A DNA stretch of 64,000 nucleotides from Bdellovibrionales bacterium (GCA_965203275.1 OZ241865.1:1856001-1920000), one strand, 5' to 3'; shown: positions 1 through 11,221, counted from the stretch's first letter. Numbers and translations: made by a program. Notes: a model not told the origin generated them from the sequence alone.

Positions 1-1387
1 AAAGATATGATATAAAACATAATACTAAGTGACCTAATATCCTCTTGTCTGTCCAATGAAACATCGGACGAGTCTTGAGAAAACCTTTTATATCTCTAAA
101 TGCTTTCTCTACCTTCCAAAGATGTTTATAATTTAATATAAGCTCTTTAGATGATAAATTTTTTGCATTTGTAATAATTCCAAAAAATCCATCTTGTTGT
201 TCTGATGCTTTTATTGCATCTTCATTTAATTGAGGCTTGTCTTTTGAAGTAGGATGACTTATGTATTTTTTGTAATTCATATTAGATATAAAGTCTTTGG
301 GATTAATTGTCTTTTTAGATAATTTTGTTTGCAGTTTAGATAAAATATCTTCTCTTAATTTTTTATCTCTTTCTGCTCGCTTTCTTGACCAACCGATGAT
401 ACAACGACGACCTTTATGCTCTGTCTCATAGATAGCTAAGTCATCATTAACCCATTTAAAATTCTTTAGATTATATATCTCCTTAAAACGATCTTTTAAT
501 AAACCTAACTTTAATCCTACTATAAACTCATGACCTTCTTCCTTAAATAAATTTAGATTTTCATTAGAAAATAATCCACGATCTCCTACTAATATAAATC
601 TTCTTATGTTAAACTTCTCTTTTAACTTTGAGATCGCTTCTGGCATTGTTTTACCTTCATAAGTATTACCAGGATAAACATCAAAGCCTAACGGCATACC
701 TTCCGTATCTACTAACAAGCCAAATACAACTTGTGTGCAATCACTTCTTTTTTCTTTACTGTAACCAAATCTTCGAAGATCGTCTAAATCTTCTCTTGTA
801 CTTTCAAATCTCAAGGTGGTTAGATCATATAAAACAACATCACATTGATTAAAAAGATTCATCTGAGCTTTATTTTTATTGTAGAGTTTCTTTTCTATAT
901 CTTCCTTATGTTCTGCTAGAATATCTAAAGAACGATAAATATCCTGAAGATGAAGTTCTTTTTCTAAAAAGTCCGGATAAAATAACTTCTGCCAGTGTGA
1001 AAAAACTTGCAGTTTAGAACATGGCTCTACAAATCGACTTATAACCAATGTGAAAACAATCTTAACAAAATCAAATCGCAGTTTAGGATGTTTTTTCTTC
1101 AAATCTGCTAATAACTCATAGAGGTTTAACTGTTTAAAAATAGCATCTATAATAAGCAGAGGACCTAAGATAAATGTATTTTTTATATCAATTTTTTTAG
1201 CTAATTGATTCGCAGAGATGATATCTAAATGACGGCTGATCAGTTCAGATAAGTCTTCTAATCGATCATCTTTAGACTTTCCTAAAGACATAAGTGTTCT
1301 ATGGTGACTTTTACCATTTTTCCAATAGCTTTCAGCTATTTGATAGTAAGTTTGTCCTCTAGAGTTTTTTGTTTTCTTTATGAACAT
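1..1387 (-). CDS. IS1634-family DDE transposase, 3' end outside window
   Basis: ATG at 1387 (MFIKKTKN...). Same N-terminus as ORF 42237, plus a 600-bp core containing YDLTTLRFES and VGDRGL-like motifs. Confidence 0.8.
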   Translation of the reverse strand, partial: MFIKKTKNSRGQTYYQIAESYWKNGKSHHRTLMSLGKSKDDRLEDLSELISRHLDIISANQLAKKIDIKNTFILGPLLIIDAIFKQLNLYELLADLKKKHPKLRFDFVKIVFTLVISRFVEPCSKLQVFSHWQKLFYPDFLEKELHLQDIYRSLDILAEHKEDIEKKLYNKNKAQMNLFNQCDVVLYDLTTLRFESTREDLDDLRRFGYSKEKRSDCTQVVFGLLVDTEGMPLGFDVYPGNTYEGKTMPEAISKLKEKFNIRRFILVGDRGLFSNENLNLFKEEGHEFIVGLKLGLLKDRFKEIYNLKNFKWVNDDLAIYETEHKGRRCIIGWSRKRAERDKKLREDILSKLQTKLSKKTINPKDFISNMNYKKYISHPTSKDKPQLNEDAIKASEQQDGFFGIITNAKNLSSKELILNYKHLWKVEKAFRDIKGFLKTRPMFHWTDKRILGHLVLCFISYL

Positions 1388-1582
1388 AAGAATATACTAG
1401 AACAAAAATACAAAAAATCAAGAAAAAAACGACTTTTTAACGCACTGCATTCGAATTTTGTGCCACTAGGATTTTTTACAAAATCCCAAAAATTCAAGCT
1501 TGCAAATCCCTCTAACACCTATAAATAAAGCATTCTTAAAAAAAAAGATATCCACATTTGCAAATCAACTGTCAAACTCAGG
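1..1582 (-). mobile_element. IS1634-family insertion sequence, runs off the window start
   Basis: Terminal repeat CCTGAGTTTGACAG on the minus strand ending at 1582; near-identical to the IS at 42043-43416. Confidence 0.85.
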
Positions 1583-2918
1583 CACAGTCCTGAATTTAGC
1601 CTGCAATCAGAAGGCTTATAAAGATGCGACCAAACCCGTTACAGATCGCTTCGAACAGATGATGGCCAATAATAGCAATGGCAGTCAGAAGGACCAATGT
1701 CAATTGACGCAACAGATGAATGAAGTAACTAAAAAAATCAATCAATCCATCACAGGCAAATGCCATACGGCCATCCTCTCATGTAAAACTACTTGTGGTA
1801 TGGCCCTGAAAAATGCAAAAGTAGCCCACGCTGCTGCTATTGAACCTACGGCCAAAGCTATGTTCTGGGCAGAGATGACCGCTATTAGCAAGAGTATGAC
1901 AAGCTGTGCTAGCAAATGGGCCAGTGTTAAAAAAAACAGCGATCTTCAGATAGCTCGTAATACAGATGCCATTAAGCAAGCTAAAGACTGCGTAGATGGT
2001 TTGGGTGGATCCGGTGAGTTGAGCGATTCTTCTAATTGCAATCAACTTCCACTAGCTCAAAAAAACCTCTGTCAAGAACTAGGTGAGGTGGCCTTCTGCA
2101 AACAACATCCAAAGATAGATTTTTGCCGTAGTTTGTCAGATAGCCTCTTTGCCGGCAAAACAGATACCCCCGGACCTGGTCACACGAATGCCAATGCCAT
2201 CGCCTCAAATCCCCTAAAACAAACCCTAACAGGGGGGGGGGACGAAAGTCTAGGCAATTCATCGCAACAAGACTTAGCCACATCTGAAATATGTCAACAA
2301 CATCCAGATAGCCCGCAGTGTAAGAGAGATGAGTGTAATTCTCTACCAACTTCAACGACTCGTGGTTTATGCCATTCAGAGGGTATAGAAAAAACTTGCA
2401 AATATGTCCCTCAATTGCCTCGATGTAAAAAAAGAGCAGCCGATTTAGCTAAGAATAAGGTCGACCCTTTAAGTGGTCATACAAGTTTAGGATTAAAAGG
2501 TGGTTTTGCTGGTGGTGGAAGTGCTGGTGGTTCTGCTGGTGGAGGTTCTAGCAGTGGAGGAGGCTCTGGCAGTGGTGGCTTAGGTGGCAGTGACTTTGCA
2601 AGTGGAGATGGTGCAGAAGGATTAAAGCCACTGACAGGATCATCTGTGATAAAAATGGATAAGGACGGGAATGTCCATGCTCTTGTGAATGGACGATATA
2701 CAAATTTAGGTAGTGGCAGGCGAGCAAGGAATCTTCACAAAAAAATATCAGGTTTAAGTTATAGTGATTATCTATTGCGGAAGCCTCAAAAGCGAGGACC
2801 TGCAAGTGTCCAAGCAGTTAAAAGTGAAGATGTTACACCTGCAAATGGTTTAAGCAACTTCCAAAAAGTCTCCCGAACAATAAAGCTATTGTTCCCTACA
2901 TTACTTTACTCAAAATAA
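1583..2918 (+). CDS. Cys-rich/Gly-rich probable exported protein, 5' end truncated by or fused to the IS end
   Basis: ORF 1500-2918; first ~28 codons lie inside the IS end; Cys-spaced motifs and GGGS linker. Confidence 0.6.
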
Positions 2919-3790
2919 TCTAGCCGGGATCCGGGATCCGCAACCCGGCATCAGATCCTAAAAATGAAATTTTTCCTTAACATGGAGTTAAAAAACGAAG
3001 AGATCCTCCTTACTAAAAGTAAACGGACTTTTGAGGTGATGACCATTTTATCGACGGCGTGAGCCGTCGTGGTCATCACCCAAAAGTGACCAGAGGTCAG
3101 TTTACTTTTAGTGAACCAAATGTCACACCTGCAAATGGTTTAAGCAACTTCCAAAAAGTCTCCCGAACAATAAAGCTATTGTTCCCTACATTACTTTACT
3201 CAAAATAATCTAGCCCGGATCCGGGATCCGCAACCCGGCATCAGATCCTAAAAATGAAATTTTTCCTTAACATGGAGTTAAAAAACGAAGAGATCCTCCT
3301 TACTAAAAGTAAACGGACTTTTGAGGTGATGACCATTTTATCGACGGCGTGAGCCGTCGTGGTCATCACCCAAAAGTGACCAGAGGTCAGTTTACTTTTA
3401 GTGAACCAAATGTCACACCTGCAAATGGTTTAACCAACTTCCAAAAAGTCTCCCGAACAATAAAATTGCTTTTCCCTAATTTGGTTCCGTTAGTTCCTTC
3501 AAAGTAATCATTAAGTTTATCCGGGATCTGGGACCCGGGATCCGGCAGAACTTTTTCCTTAACATGGTGTTAAAAAACGAAGAGATCCTTCCTACTAAAA
3601 GTGGTCAGGCTTTCTAGGTGATGACCATTTTATCGACGGCGAAAGCCGTCGTGGTCATCGCCAGAAAGTGACCAGAGGTCAGACCACTTTTAGTGAACCA
3701 AATGTCACACCTGCAAATGGTTTAAGCAACTTCCAAAAAGTCTCCCGAACAATAAAGCTATTGTTCCCTACATTACTTTACTCAAAATAA
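2830..3790 (+). repeat. ~290-bp tandem units: gene 3' end + module B + module A
   Basis: TGT(T/C)ACACCTGCAAATGG starts at 2831, 3121, 3411 and 3703. Confidence 0.9.
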
Positions 3791-3830
3791 ATTGCTATCT
3801 TGATCCTTGGGCTACTTTTAGTGAACTAAC

Positions 3831-4050
3831 TCCCTAACCCCACCCCCCGCCCTTCGATCTGCTTTTTCATTTGTATGTTTTTTATGAGTGGAATGCGGAG
3901 TCAGGCTTCCGAAGTCCTCAACCTTCGCTTGCTTTGGGGAGCAAGCGGGTCTGCGGAAGATCTCCAGCCTGCCTCCGCATCCCACTCATAATATTCATGT
4001 TTATTTGAGATTTACGCAGAATCTAAAAGAAAATAAAAAAAACAAAAAAA
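3831..4050 (+). repeat. Module C structured repeat, ~220 nt
   Basis: Homologous to 58548-58770; partial copies at 4415, 4603, 17788 (minus) and 32907; nested inverted repeats. Confidence 0.8.
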
Positions 4051-4058
4051 CTCTTTTT

Positions 4059-4588
4059 CCTTAACATGTTGTCAAGAGACGAAGGGATCCTCCTTACTAA
4101 AAGTGGTCAAGCTTTCTAGGCGATGAGCATTTTATCGACGGCGTGAGCCGTCGTGGTCATCGCCAGAAAGTGACCAGAGGTCAGACCACTTTTAGTGAAA
4201 CAAAACAAGCTGATAAATTAGGAGCTTTTTTATACAAGTTATGTAAAAATACTTAAAGTCAAATTTGATTATCATTCCCGGGATCTGGCAATCAGGCAAC
4301 CCGGCATCAGTTCCCGGGATGCCTGCTTGCCTGATCCCGGGAATAAATATCTTGTTCCCTTAACATCATGTCAGAGAACGAATGGATCCTTCTTACTAAA
4401 AGTAAACGGATTATCCCTAACCCCACCCACCGCCCTTCGATTGTTGTTTCACTCAAAATGAACTGGCCTCTGGCCACTTTTGGGTAGCCAGCCCGACGGC
4501 TCACGCCGTCGTAAAAGGCTGACTACCTCAAAAGCTTGTTCATTTTGAGTAGAGGAGGATCCTTTTATTCCTCTACATCATGTTAAGG
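4059..4588. repeat. Module A copies (4059-4201 plus, 4446-4588 minus) with B/C fragments
   Basis: CCTTAACAT...stem-loops...TTTT(A/G)AGTGAAAC consensus. Confidence 0.85.
4201..4256 (+). pseudogene. 3' remnant of four-helix-bundle gene
   Basis: Encodes KQADKLGAFLYKLCKNT*, matching the end of 49607-49912. Confidence 0.8.
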
Positions 4589-4889
4589 AAAATTTCCTTT
4601 ATTACCTCAAGAGCAAGCTCAATTTGCGGAAGATCTTCAGTCTCCCACTGCCCCATCCTCCACCTAATTATTTTTTGTTTGAGAGTTACGCAGAATCTAA
4701 AAAAAATAAAAAAACAAAAAAAGAACATCGTATTTATCCGGGATCTGGGATCTGGGATCCGGGATCAGGCATCAGTTCCCGGGATGCCTGCTTGCCAGAT
4801 CCCGGGAATAAATATCTTGTTTCCTTAACATTTCACTTGAAATGAACCACACATTTGTTTCCCTAGAATTGAAGTGACCAGAGGTCTGT

Positions 4890-6557
4890 TCACTTGGAGT
4901 GAGAAGAATATCCTCTTTGGTAACTATGACGTGTAGCGGTGATAGTGACAACGTAAATCAAATGCAGAATCACAAAACTTGAAACATATTCTAAACCTCC
5001 ACCACCAAATCCATAAGAATGCAACCCTGCCCCTAAAACAAAATTAACTCCATACCAAGCCATCAATATCAGTGAAAAACAAATAGAACCCCACGCTAAA
5101 AATCCAAAAGGACCAAGCCATCCAGCCAGTCGCCCATGCACCACGGCAATATATCCTAACAGAGCAACCAATGCCCATACCTCTTTAGGGTCCCAGTCCC
5201 AAAAGCGTCCCCAAGAATAATCAGCCCATATTCCACCTAAAACAGTACCAGCAGCCAATAAGACCACTCCAACTTGCATGGCATAATAAGTCGCATTTGT
5301 TAAAGAGAGTACATTCGTTTGAAACAATTTAGGATTTTTTTGGGGATCTTTAAAAAAATATCCAAGCCCAATATTCGACAAAACAAAAGAAAGGAAAAAA
5401 GCAGAATACCCAAGTGTAATAGTCATCACATGTACAATAAGCCAAAGATTGCTATTTAAAACAGACATGAGCGGTTGCAGAGAAGGATCTAGAACAGTGG
5501 GAGCCATATCTGCTGTAATCAAACAAAGACAAGCTACAACACAAGCAGAGAAAACATAATAAATACGTCTTTGCCATAGCTCAAAAAGCAAAGCAAAAAA
5601 GACAGCTCCCCATGCCACCCAAATAACAGATTCGTACATATTAGAAACAGGAGGTCTCTCCATTAAATAAATTCTCAAAATAAATCCGTAAGTGTGTAAT
5701 AAAAAGGCTAACATTAAAGTTAAAAAGCCTGGATACCTTCCCCATTGCCAACCTAAAAGCACTGTCAAAAAAAATATAGCTCCTATTAGATAAAGCACCC
5801 AAGCCCATTTAAAAGGAGATAAAGAGTTATAATGTAGCTCTACATCTATTGGAGTTAGGCTAGGGTAGTGAGAAGGATTTTGTGCCTTTGCAAAAACAAT
5901 AAAATCATCGACAGCCTCTTGCAAAGAAGATACATCCTGACTGTCAATACTTTGAATAAAGGTTTTTGCCAATACTTGAAATTTTGCTTTTTCATTTTGA
6001 TTAAATTGAGAAAAGTTTTTCCATGTTTCTGTATCTTTTTGAGGGAGTAAAGCCAATGCTTGACCTGAAGTAATAGCTACAAAAGTACGCAATTGAGCTT
6101 CTAATCTTTCGACTGCTTGAAAATAATTATTGAGTTTGATTTTATTGTCTTTTTTATTTTGTAGTTCTTGAAGAATCAAACTTAATCTTGGACTAGCAGA
6201 GATCACATTGACAGAAAAATATTTTTGAGTCTCATTTAATTTAAGATTTTGCTTTAAATCTAATCTAGGAATTTCAATAATATCTACTCCAGACCAGTGT
6301 GAAGGCATTAAAATCCATGTAAAAACAACCTCAGAAGCTGCCTTTGCAGTATAATGAGATCTGCCGTAAATAAGCTGTAAAGATTCTCTGGCAAAAGTAC
6401 CAAAAGGCTTCACCCGTCCACCAGATTGAATAGGCAAGCGATTAAGTGTAGAAGCCATATCATCAGCTAAGCTTTCCGTAGAGAAAATTAAAATTGTCAA
6501 GCTCAAAAGGCCAACAAATAAAAACCTTAAAAAAGATTGGTATTGAAAATAACTCAT
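4890..6557 (-). CDS. ccsA: Cytochrome c biogenesis protein, system II
   Basis: WADYSWGRFWDWDPKEVW WWD motif, multiple TM helices, GLHSYG. Confidence 0.9.
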   Translation of the reverse strand: MSYFQYQSFLRFLFVGLLSLTILIFSTESLADDMASTLNRLPIQSGGRVKPFGTFARESLQLIYGRSHYTAKAASEVVFTWILMPSHWSGVDIIEIPRLDLKQNLKLNETQKYFSVNVISASPRLSLILQELQNKKDNKIKLNNYFQAVERLEAQLRTFVAITSGQALALLPQKDTETWKNFSQFNQNEKAKFQVLAKTFIQSIDSQDVSSLQEAVDDFIVFAKAQNPSHYPSLTPIDVELHYNSLSPFKWAWVLYLIGAIFFLTVLLGWQWGRYPGFLTLMLAFLLHTYGFILRIYLMERPPVSNMYESVIWVAWGAVFFALLFELWQRRIYYVFSACVVACLCLITADMAPTVLDPSLQPLMSVLNSNLWLIVHVMTITLGYSAFFLSFVLSNIGLGYFFKDPQKNPKLFQTNVLSLTNATYYAMQVGVVLLAAGTVLGGIWADYSWGRFWDWDPKEVWALVALLGYIAVVHGRLAGWLGPFGFLAWGSICFSLILMAWYGVNFVLGAGLHSYGFGGGGLEYVSSFVILHLIYVVTITATRHSYQRGYSSHSK

Positions 6558-6773
6558 TTTATAAGACCTTGTTTATTAGAGATGTATTTTAAGAAAGTTT
6601 TTATAATATATCAAATAAAAAATTAAGATGTAACTTGTTTAATTTGAATAAAAATAATGTTGTTGTGCTATAATGTTGATATGAAGTATGACGACAGACT
6701 AAGTTCACATTGAAACTTGAATCTTATATTATAAAATTTCTGAAGGATAAAAAAGTATGAACTTGCAAAGTAT

Positions 6774-8459
6774 CTAGTTTTCAAATATGCGAGAAATATC
6801 ATTGAAAAAAGCCAACGCCATTAAACCTAAAATCACAATCAAGCCAATCATTTGAGCAATTTCCATCTTTCTCATACTCAAAGGAGCTCCTCTAAGAGCC
6901 TCAATGGTGAAGAAAACCAAATGCCCACCATCTAAAATAGGAATGGGCAACATATTAATAATGAAAAGATTAATAGAGATAATAGCCATAATCTTAAGAA
7001 AATAGCTTAAACCCATTTGAAAGGTTCGGCTAGCTACTTGACCAATCATAATAGGTCCACCAATAGACCGGTGTGATACACGAGCTTGCAAAAGCCTTAA
7101 AAACCCAAGACAAGTTAATTTCGTCCAAAAAACAGCCTTTGTCACACCATCTTGCAACGCTAAAATAGGATTTAAAGTACGTATAATTGTAAAGTCTGTC
7201 GGTGTTTCTACTATGTGATTATAAATGCCAATGGCGTATTTGGATTCCCTACCTCCTTGATTATTTGTTTGCTCTACTAATATAGGAGTGAGTTGCACGT
7301 TTTGAATCTCTCCTTTTCTTACAACCTCTATATTTAAGTGTTGTTGTTCAGGGGTATAGCTGTATATTTTGTTCAATAAGCTTGCTCGATCGGTTAATCT
7401 CTCACCATCAATGGCTTGAATCTTATCGCCAGATAAAAGTCCAGCCTGTTCCGCAGGGCTATCTTCAGTAAAATGAGATATAAACAAATCCGGTATTTCA
7501 AATCCTAATGTTTCAGGAGTGAGTTCTCCCACAAGATCATCTGGAATTTCAATGGAAGCTGTATGTTGAGAAGATTCTGTATTTTGGGATAACTTCGTAG
7601 GGTACCTTGTGTATTTAATCTCTAAAAGTTTTTCTTGAGCAAAATCGTTTTGTAGAAGAGCTACGACCTCATACCATTTTTTAACAGGGGTGTTATTTAT
7701 GGAGTTGATTTCATCAAAAGTCATCATCCCCTCCTTAGCTGCTAATGAGTATGGTCTTGAAATACCTACTTGAGAGCTTCTTGCCATAATTCCTAAACCT
7801 TCAATAGAACCTATTTTTTCTTCTGTACTTAAAATATTAGGATTAGCTATCAGAGCCGTTGTGGTCTGTAACGAAATATTTTCAGCATGGCGATCAATAC
7901 CAAAGGTGATCTGTTGCGTTTGAGGAAGTTCTATGTGCGTTTTCACTTCTTGCCATGTTTTGACAGGGGTACCATTAATGGATGTAATAATATCACCAGA
8001 TCGGAAACCTTCCTGCCATGCTATTGACTGTGTCTTGATATCACCTACAATGGGTTTGATCATTTGTTCGCCAATGAGAGCTATAATAAAGAATACAAAA
8101 ATAGCAAAAAAGAAATTCATTAAAGGTCCAGCAAGTACAACAGCAATCCTCTGACCGACTGGCTTATGCAAAAAAGCACCTTCCCTTTGATCAAGAGGTA
8201 CTTCCATAGAAGGATCGTCTCCGAACATTTTTACATAACCACCAAGTGGAATGATAGAAATACAATAAGTTGTCTCGCCCCGCTTGAATTGAAAGATTTT
8301 CTTTCCAAAACCAAGACTGAAAGTTTCGACCCTTACATTATAAAATTTAGCTACGAGAAAATGTCCTGCTTCATGGACAAAAATCAAAATGCCCAAGAGA
8401 ATAGTCATAGGAACAAGAAAAGATAACCCTTGTTGAACAAAGTTAAATAACAAATCCAT
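6774..8459 (-). CDS. rseP: RIP metalloprotease RseP with PDZ domains
   Basis: HEAGH zinc motif, NMLPIPILDGG, PDZ-like segments. Confidence 0.93.
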   Translation of the reverse strand: MDLLFNFVQQGLSFLVPMTILLGILIFVHEAGHFLVAKFYNVRVETFSLGFGKKIFQFKRGETTYCISIIPLGGYVKMFGDDPSMEVPLDQREGAFLHKPVGQRIAVVLAGPLMNFFFAIFVFFIIALIGEQMIKPIVGDIKTQSIAWQEGFRSGDIITSINGTPVKTWQEVKTHIELPQTQQITFGIDRHAENISLQTTTALIANPNILSTEEKIGSIEGLGIMARSSQVGISRPYSLAAKEGMMTFDEINSINNTPVKKWYEVVALLQNDFAQEKLLEIKYTRYPTKLSQNTESSQHTASIEIPDDLVGELTPETLGFEIPDLFISHFTEDSPAEQAGLLSGDKIQAIDGERLTDRASLLNKIYSYTPEQQHLNIEVVRKGEIQNVQLTPILVEQTNNQGGRESKYAIGIYNHIVETPTDFTIIRTLNPILALQDGVTKAVFWTKLTCLGFLRLLQARVSHRSIGGPIMIGQVASRTFQMGLSYFLKIMAIISINLFIINMLPIPILDGGHLVFFTIEALRGAPLSMRKMEIAQMIGLIVILGLMALAFFNDISRIFEN

Positions 8460-8477
8460 ATCATTTCCTTTATTTGG

Positions 8478-9619
8478 TCCTTTTATTATCTCAATTTGGG
8501 CCTTTTATTATCTAAATTCGTTGATCTTCGTCTACCCGTACGTACCTCTTTTAGAAATACGTGAGTTGTGTCCCTCAAAATTTCCCTTCCTTGAATATTC
8601 TAATCTAATTTCGTATATTCACCAGGTCAAGCTCATTTCAGAGAATAGGAAGGTCAATTTTGAGGTGATCGGCTAGAAATTCACTACTAAAATTTATGTT
8701 TACCTCAATTTCTTTGTACATATTATTTTCACTTCCTTATTTGGTCCTAATTATTATCTAAATTCGTTGATCTTCGTCGTTTCACTAAAAAATAAACCAG
8801 CCTCTGGCTACTTTTGGGTAGCCAGCCCGACGGCTACCGCCGTCGATCAAAGGCTGGCTACCTCAAAAGTCCGTTTACTTTTAGTAGAGAGGATCTCTTC
8901 GTCTCTTAACACCATGTTAAGGAAAAAGTTCCTTCTATCAATTTTTCCCTTCCTTGAATATTCTAATCTAATTTCGTATATTCACCAGGTCAAGCTCATT
9001 TCAGAGAATAGGAAGGTCAATTTTGAGGTGATCGGCTAGAGATTCACTACTAAAATTTGTGTTTACCTCAATTTCTTTGTACATATTTTGTTTCCCTCAA
9101 AATTTCCCTTCCTTGAATATTCTAATTTAATTTCGTATATTCACCAGGTCAAGCTCATTTCAGAGAATAGGAAGGTCAATTTTGAGGTGATCGGCTAGAG
9201 ATTCACTACTAAAATTTGTGTTTACCTCAATTTCTTTGTACATATTTTGTTTCCCTCAAAATTTCCCTTCCTTGAATATTCTAATTTAATTTCGTATATT
9301 CACCAGGTCAAGCTCATTTCAGAGAATAGGAAGGTCAATTTTGAGGTGATCGGCTAGAGATTCACTACTAAAATTTGTGTTTACCTCAATTTCTTTGTAC
9401 ATATTTTGTTTCCCTCAAAATTTCCCTTCCTTGAATATTCTAATCTAATTTCGTATATTCACCAGGTCAAGCTCATTTCAGAGAATAGGAAGGTCAATTT
9501 TGAGGTGATCGGCTAGAAATTCACTACTAAAATTTATGTTTACCTCAATTTCTTTGTACATATTATTTTCACTTCCTTATTTGGTCCTAATTATTATCTA
9601 AATTCGTTGATCTTCGTCG
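8478..9619 (+). repeat. Module D element and 159-bp tandem array
   Basis: CCCTCAAAATTTCCCTTCC at 8572, 9094, 9253 and 9412 (variant ~8935); homologues at 35659, 39440 and 57003. Confidence 0.85.
8780..8922 (-). repeat. Module A copy
   Basis: Consensus match. Confidence 0.85.
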
Positions 9620-10060
9620 TTTCACTAAAAAATAAACCAGCCTCTGGCTGTTTTTGGGCAATCAGCCCGACGGCTCTCGCCGTCGATCAAAGGCTGATTG
9701 CCTCAAAAATCTGTTTATTTTTAGTAGAAAGGATCCTCTCGTCTCTTAACTACATGTTAAGGAAAAAGCTCCTTCTGATGTTTGCTCTGACAGCTTACGC
9801 TATCTAAAAAGAGCAATGCCTTTGTTTCACTCAAAATAAATCATGCCTCTGGCATGTTTTCTGGCAGTTAGCCCGACGGCTACCGCCGTCGATCAAAGGC
9901 TAACTGCCTAGAAAATCCATTTATTTTGAGTAGGGAGGATCTCCTCATTTTTTAACACCATGTTAAGGAAACAAGCTATTCGCTTCATCCCTGCCTGTCT
10001 GCCGGATCCCAGATCCCAGATCCCAGATCCCGGATCCCAGATTGACATGATGTTAAGGAA
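9620..10060 (-). repeat. Two module A copies (9620-9762, 9824-9968) plus heptamer tract
   Basis: Consensus match with variant stems; GATCCCA/GATCCCG repeats at 10001-10042. Confidence 0.85.
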
Positions 10061-10081
10061 AAAGTTCCTTCTTACACTCGT

Positions 10082-11077
10082 TTATTTTGAGTGAGATGAT
10101 AAGGGCTGTGGTTTAAAGTCCTTTGCAACATTCATGGTAGCACTGTTACCTGTCACCTGAATAACAAACAACCCCTTTTTCTCTGCATAAAGATTAGCAT
10201 TCTTTTCACAATTTAAATAGGCAACTGCTCCATACAAAATTTTGCGATTAGCCTCTTTGTTATATTGTTTAAATATATTAAACCTTTTGAATGCTTCATC
10301 TATATCTTTCTTTTTTAAGTATTTCTTGGCTTCTACAGCTACCATCTCTTTCCCATTGATAGCTAATATATCTATCTCATATCTGCGATGAGGACTCTCA
10401 TCTTTAACATGAATGGAGGTTGTCTCTACTTCAATGCCTTGCTCTTTAAGAAGCCTCACTGTCCCTGTATTAGCTAAAGCCTCAACAAACTTACCCCATT
10501 GAAGACCTGAATCTCCTATAAACTTATTTAAGGATTTTTGTAATTGTTTTTGAGACTCTTCTGCCTCCTTAATCGCCTGCTCTGCTTTTGCCATGTTCTT
10601 TTTTCGAATCTCCTCATTTCTATCCTGAGCATCTGTTACCTTTTTAACCCCATCTGCTACCTTTTTAATCTTCTGATCTAGCTCTTCCATGTTCTTTTTT
10701 CGAATCTCCTCATTCCTATCCTGAGCATCTGTTACCTTTTTAATCTTCTGATCTAGCTCTGCCATGCTCTTTTTTCGAATCTCCTCATTCCTGTCTTGAG
10801 CATCTGCTACCTTTTTAATCCTCTGATCTAGATCTGCCATGCTCTTTTTTCGAATCTCCTCATTTCTATCTTGAGCATCTGTTACCTTTTTAACTCCATC
10901 TGTTACCTTTTTAATCTTTTGATCTAGCTCTGCCATGCTCTTTTTTCGAATCTCCTCATTTCTATCCTGAGCATCTGCTATCTTTTTAATCTTTTGGTTG
11001 ACTTCTCTACTGCCTTTTTCTTGAGTCTCTGCAAGGCTTTTAATGCTTTTTAATACATCTTTTATTGTTGTTGTCAT
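10082..11077 (-). CDS. Coiled-coil tandem-repeat protein with C-terminal PD-(D/E)XK-like domain
   Basis: Five ~25-aa DAQDRNEEIRKK repeats; WGKFVE...EIDIL...VEAK motif. Confidence 0.75.
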   Translation of the reverse strand: MTTTIKDVLKSIKSLAETQEKGSREVNQKIKKIADAQDRNEEIRKKSMAELDQKIKKVTDGVKKVTDAQDRNEEIRKKSMADLDQRIKKVADAQDRNEEIRKKSMAELDQKIKKVTDAQDRNEEIRKKNMEELDQKIKKVADGVKKVTDAQDRNEEIRKKNMAKAEQAIKEAEESQKQLQKSLNKFIGDSGLQWGKFVEALANTGTVRLLKEQGIEVETTSIHVKDESPHRRYEIDILAINGKEMVAVEAKKYLKKKDIDEAFKRFNIFKQYNKEANRKILYGAVAYLNCEKNANLYAEKKGLFVIQVTGNSATMNVAKDFKPQPLSSHSK

Positions 11078-11221
11078 AATAAAAAACTCCCTTTTTAATT
11101 ACTATATCATAGCTTTTTAAATAAAGAAAACATAAAATATATAAATTTCCTCCTAAGCCCTGGCGAGTTTAAAATGAAATTTTTCCCTTACATATTTCAC
11201 TCAAAATGCATCATGCCGTCT

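Noticed and set aside
628..1528. Plus-strand ORFs 628 and 1301, and other short antisense ORFs over known genes
   Set aside because: Shadow frames of the transposase or housekeeping genes
2919..4889. Classical integron cassette array
   Set aside because: No IntI gene; elements flank housekeeping genes in both orientations and do not fit the simple attC hairpin
8767..9807. Short ORFs within modules A-D (4307, 4580, 8767, 9607, 17271, 17611, 35005, 35675, 39047, 39428, 58823 and others)
   Set aside because: Frames and stops are not conserved between repeat copies; changes preserve pairing rather than codons
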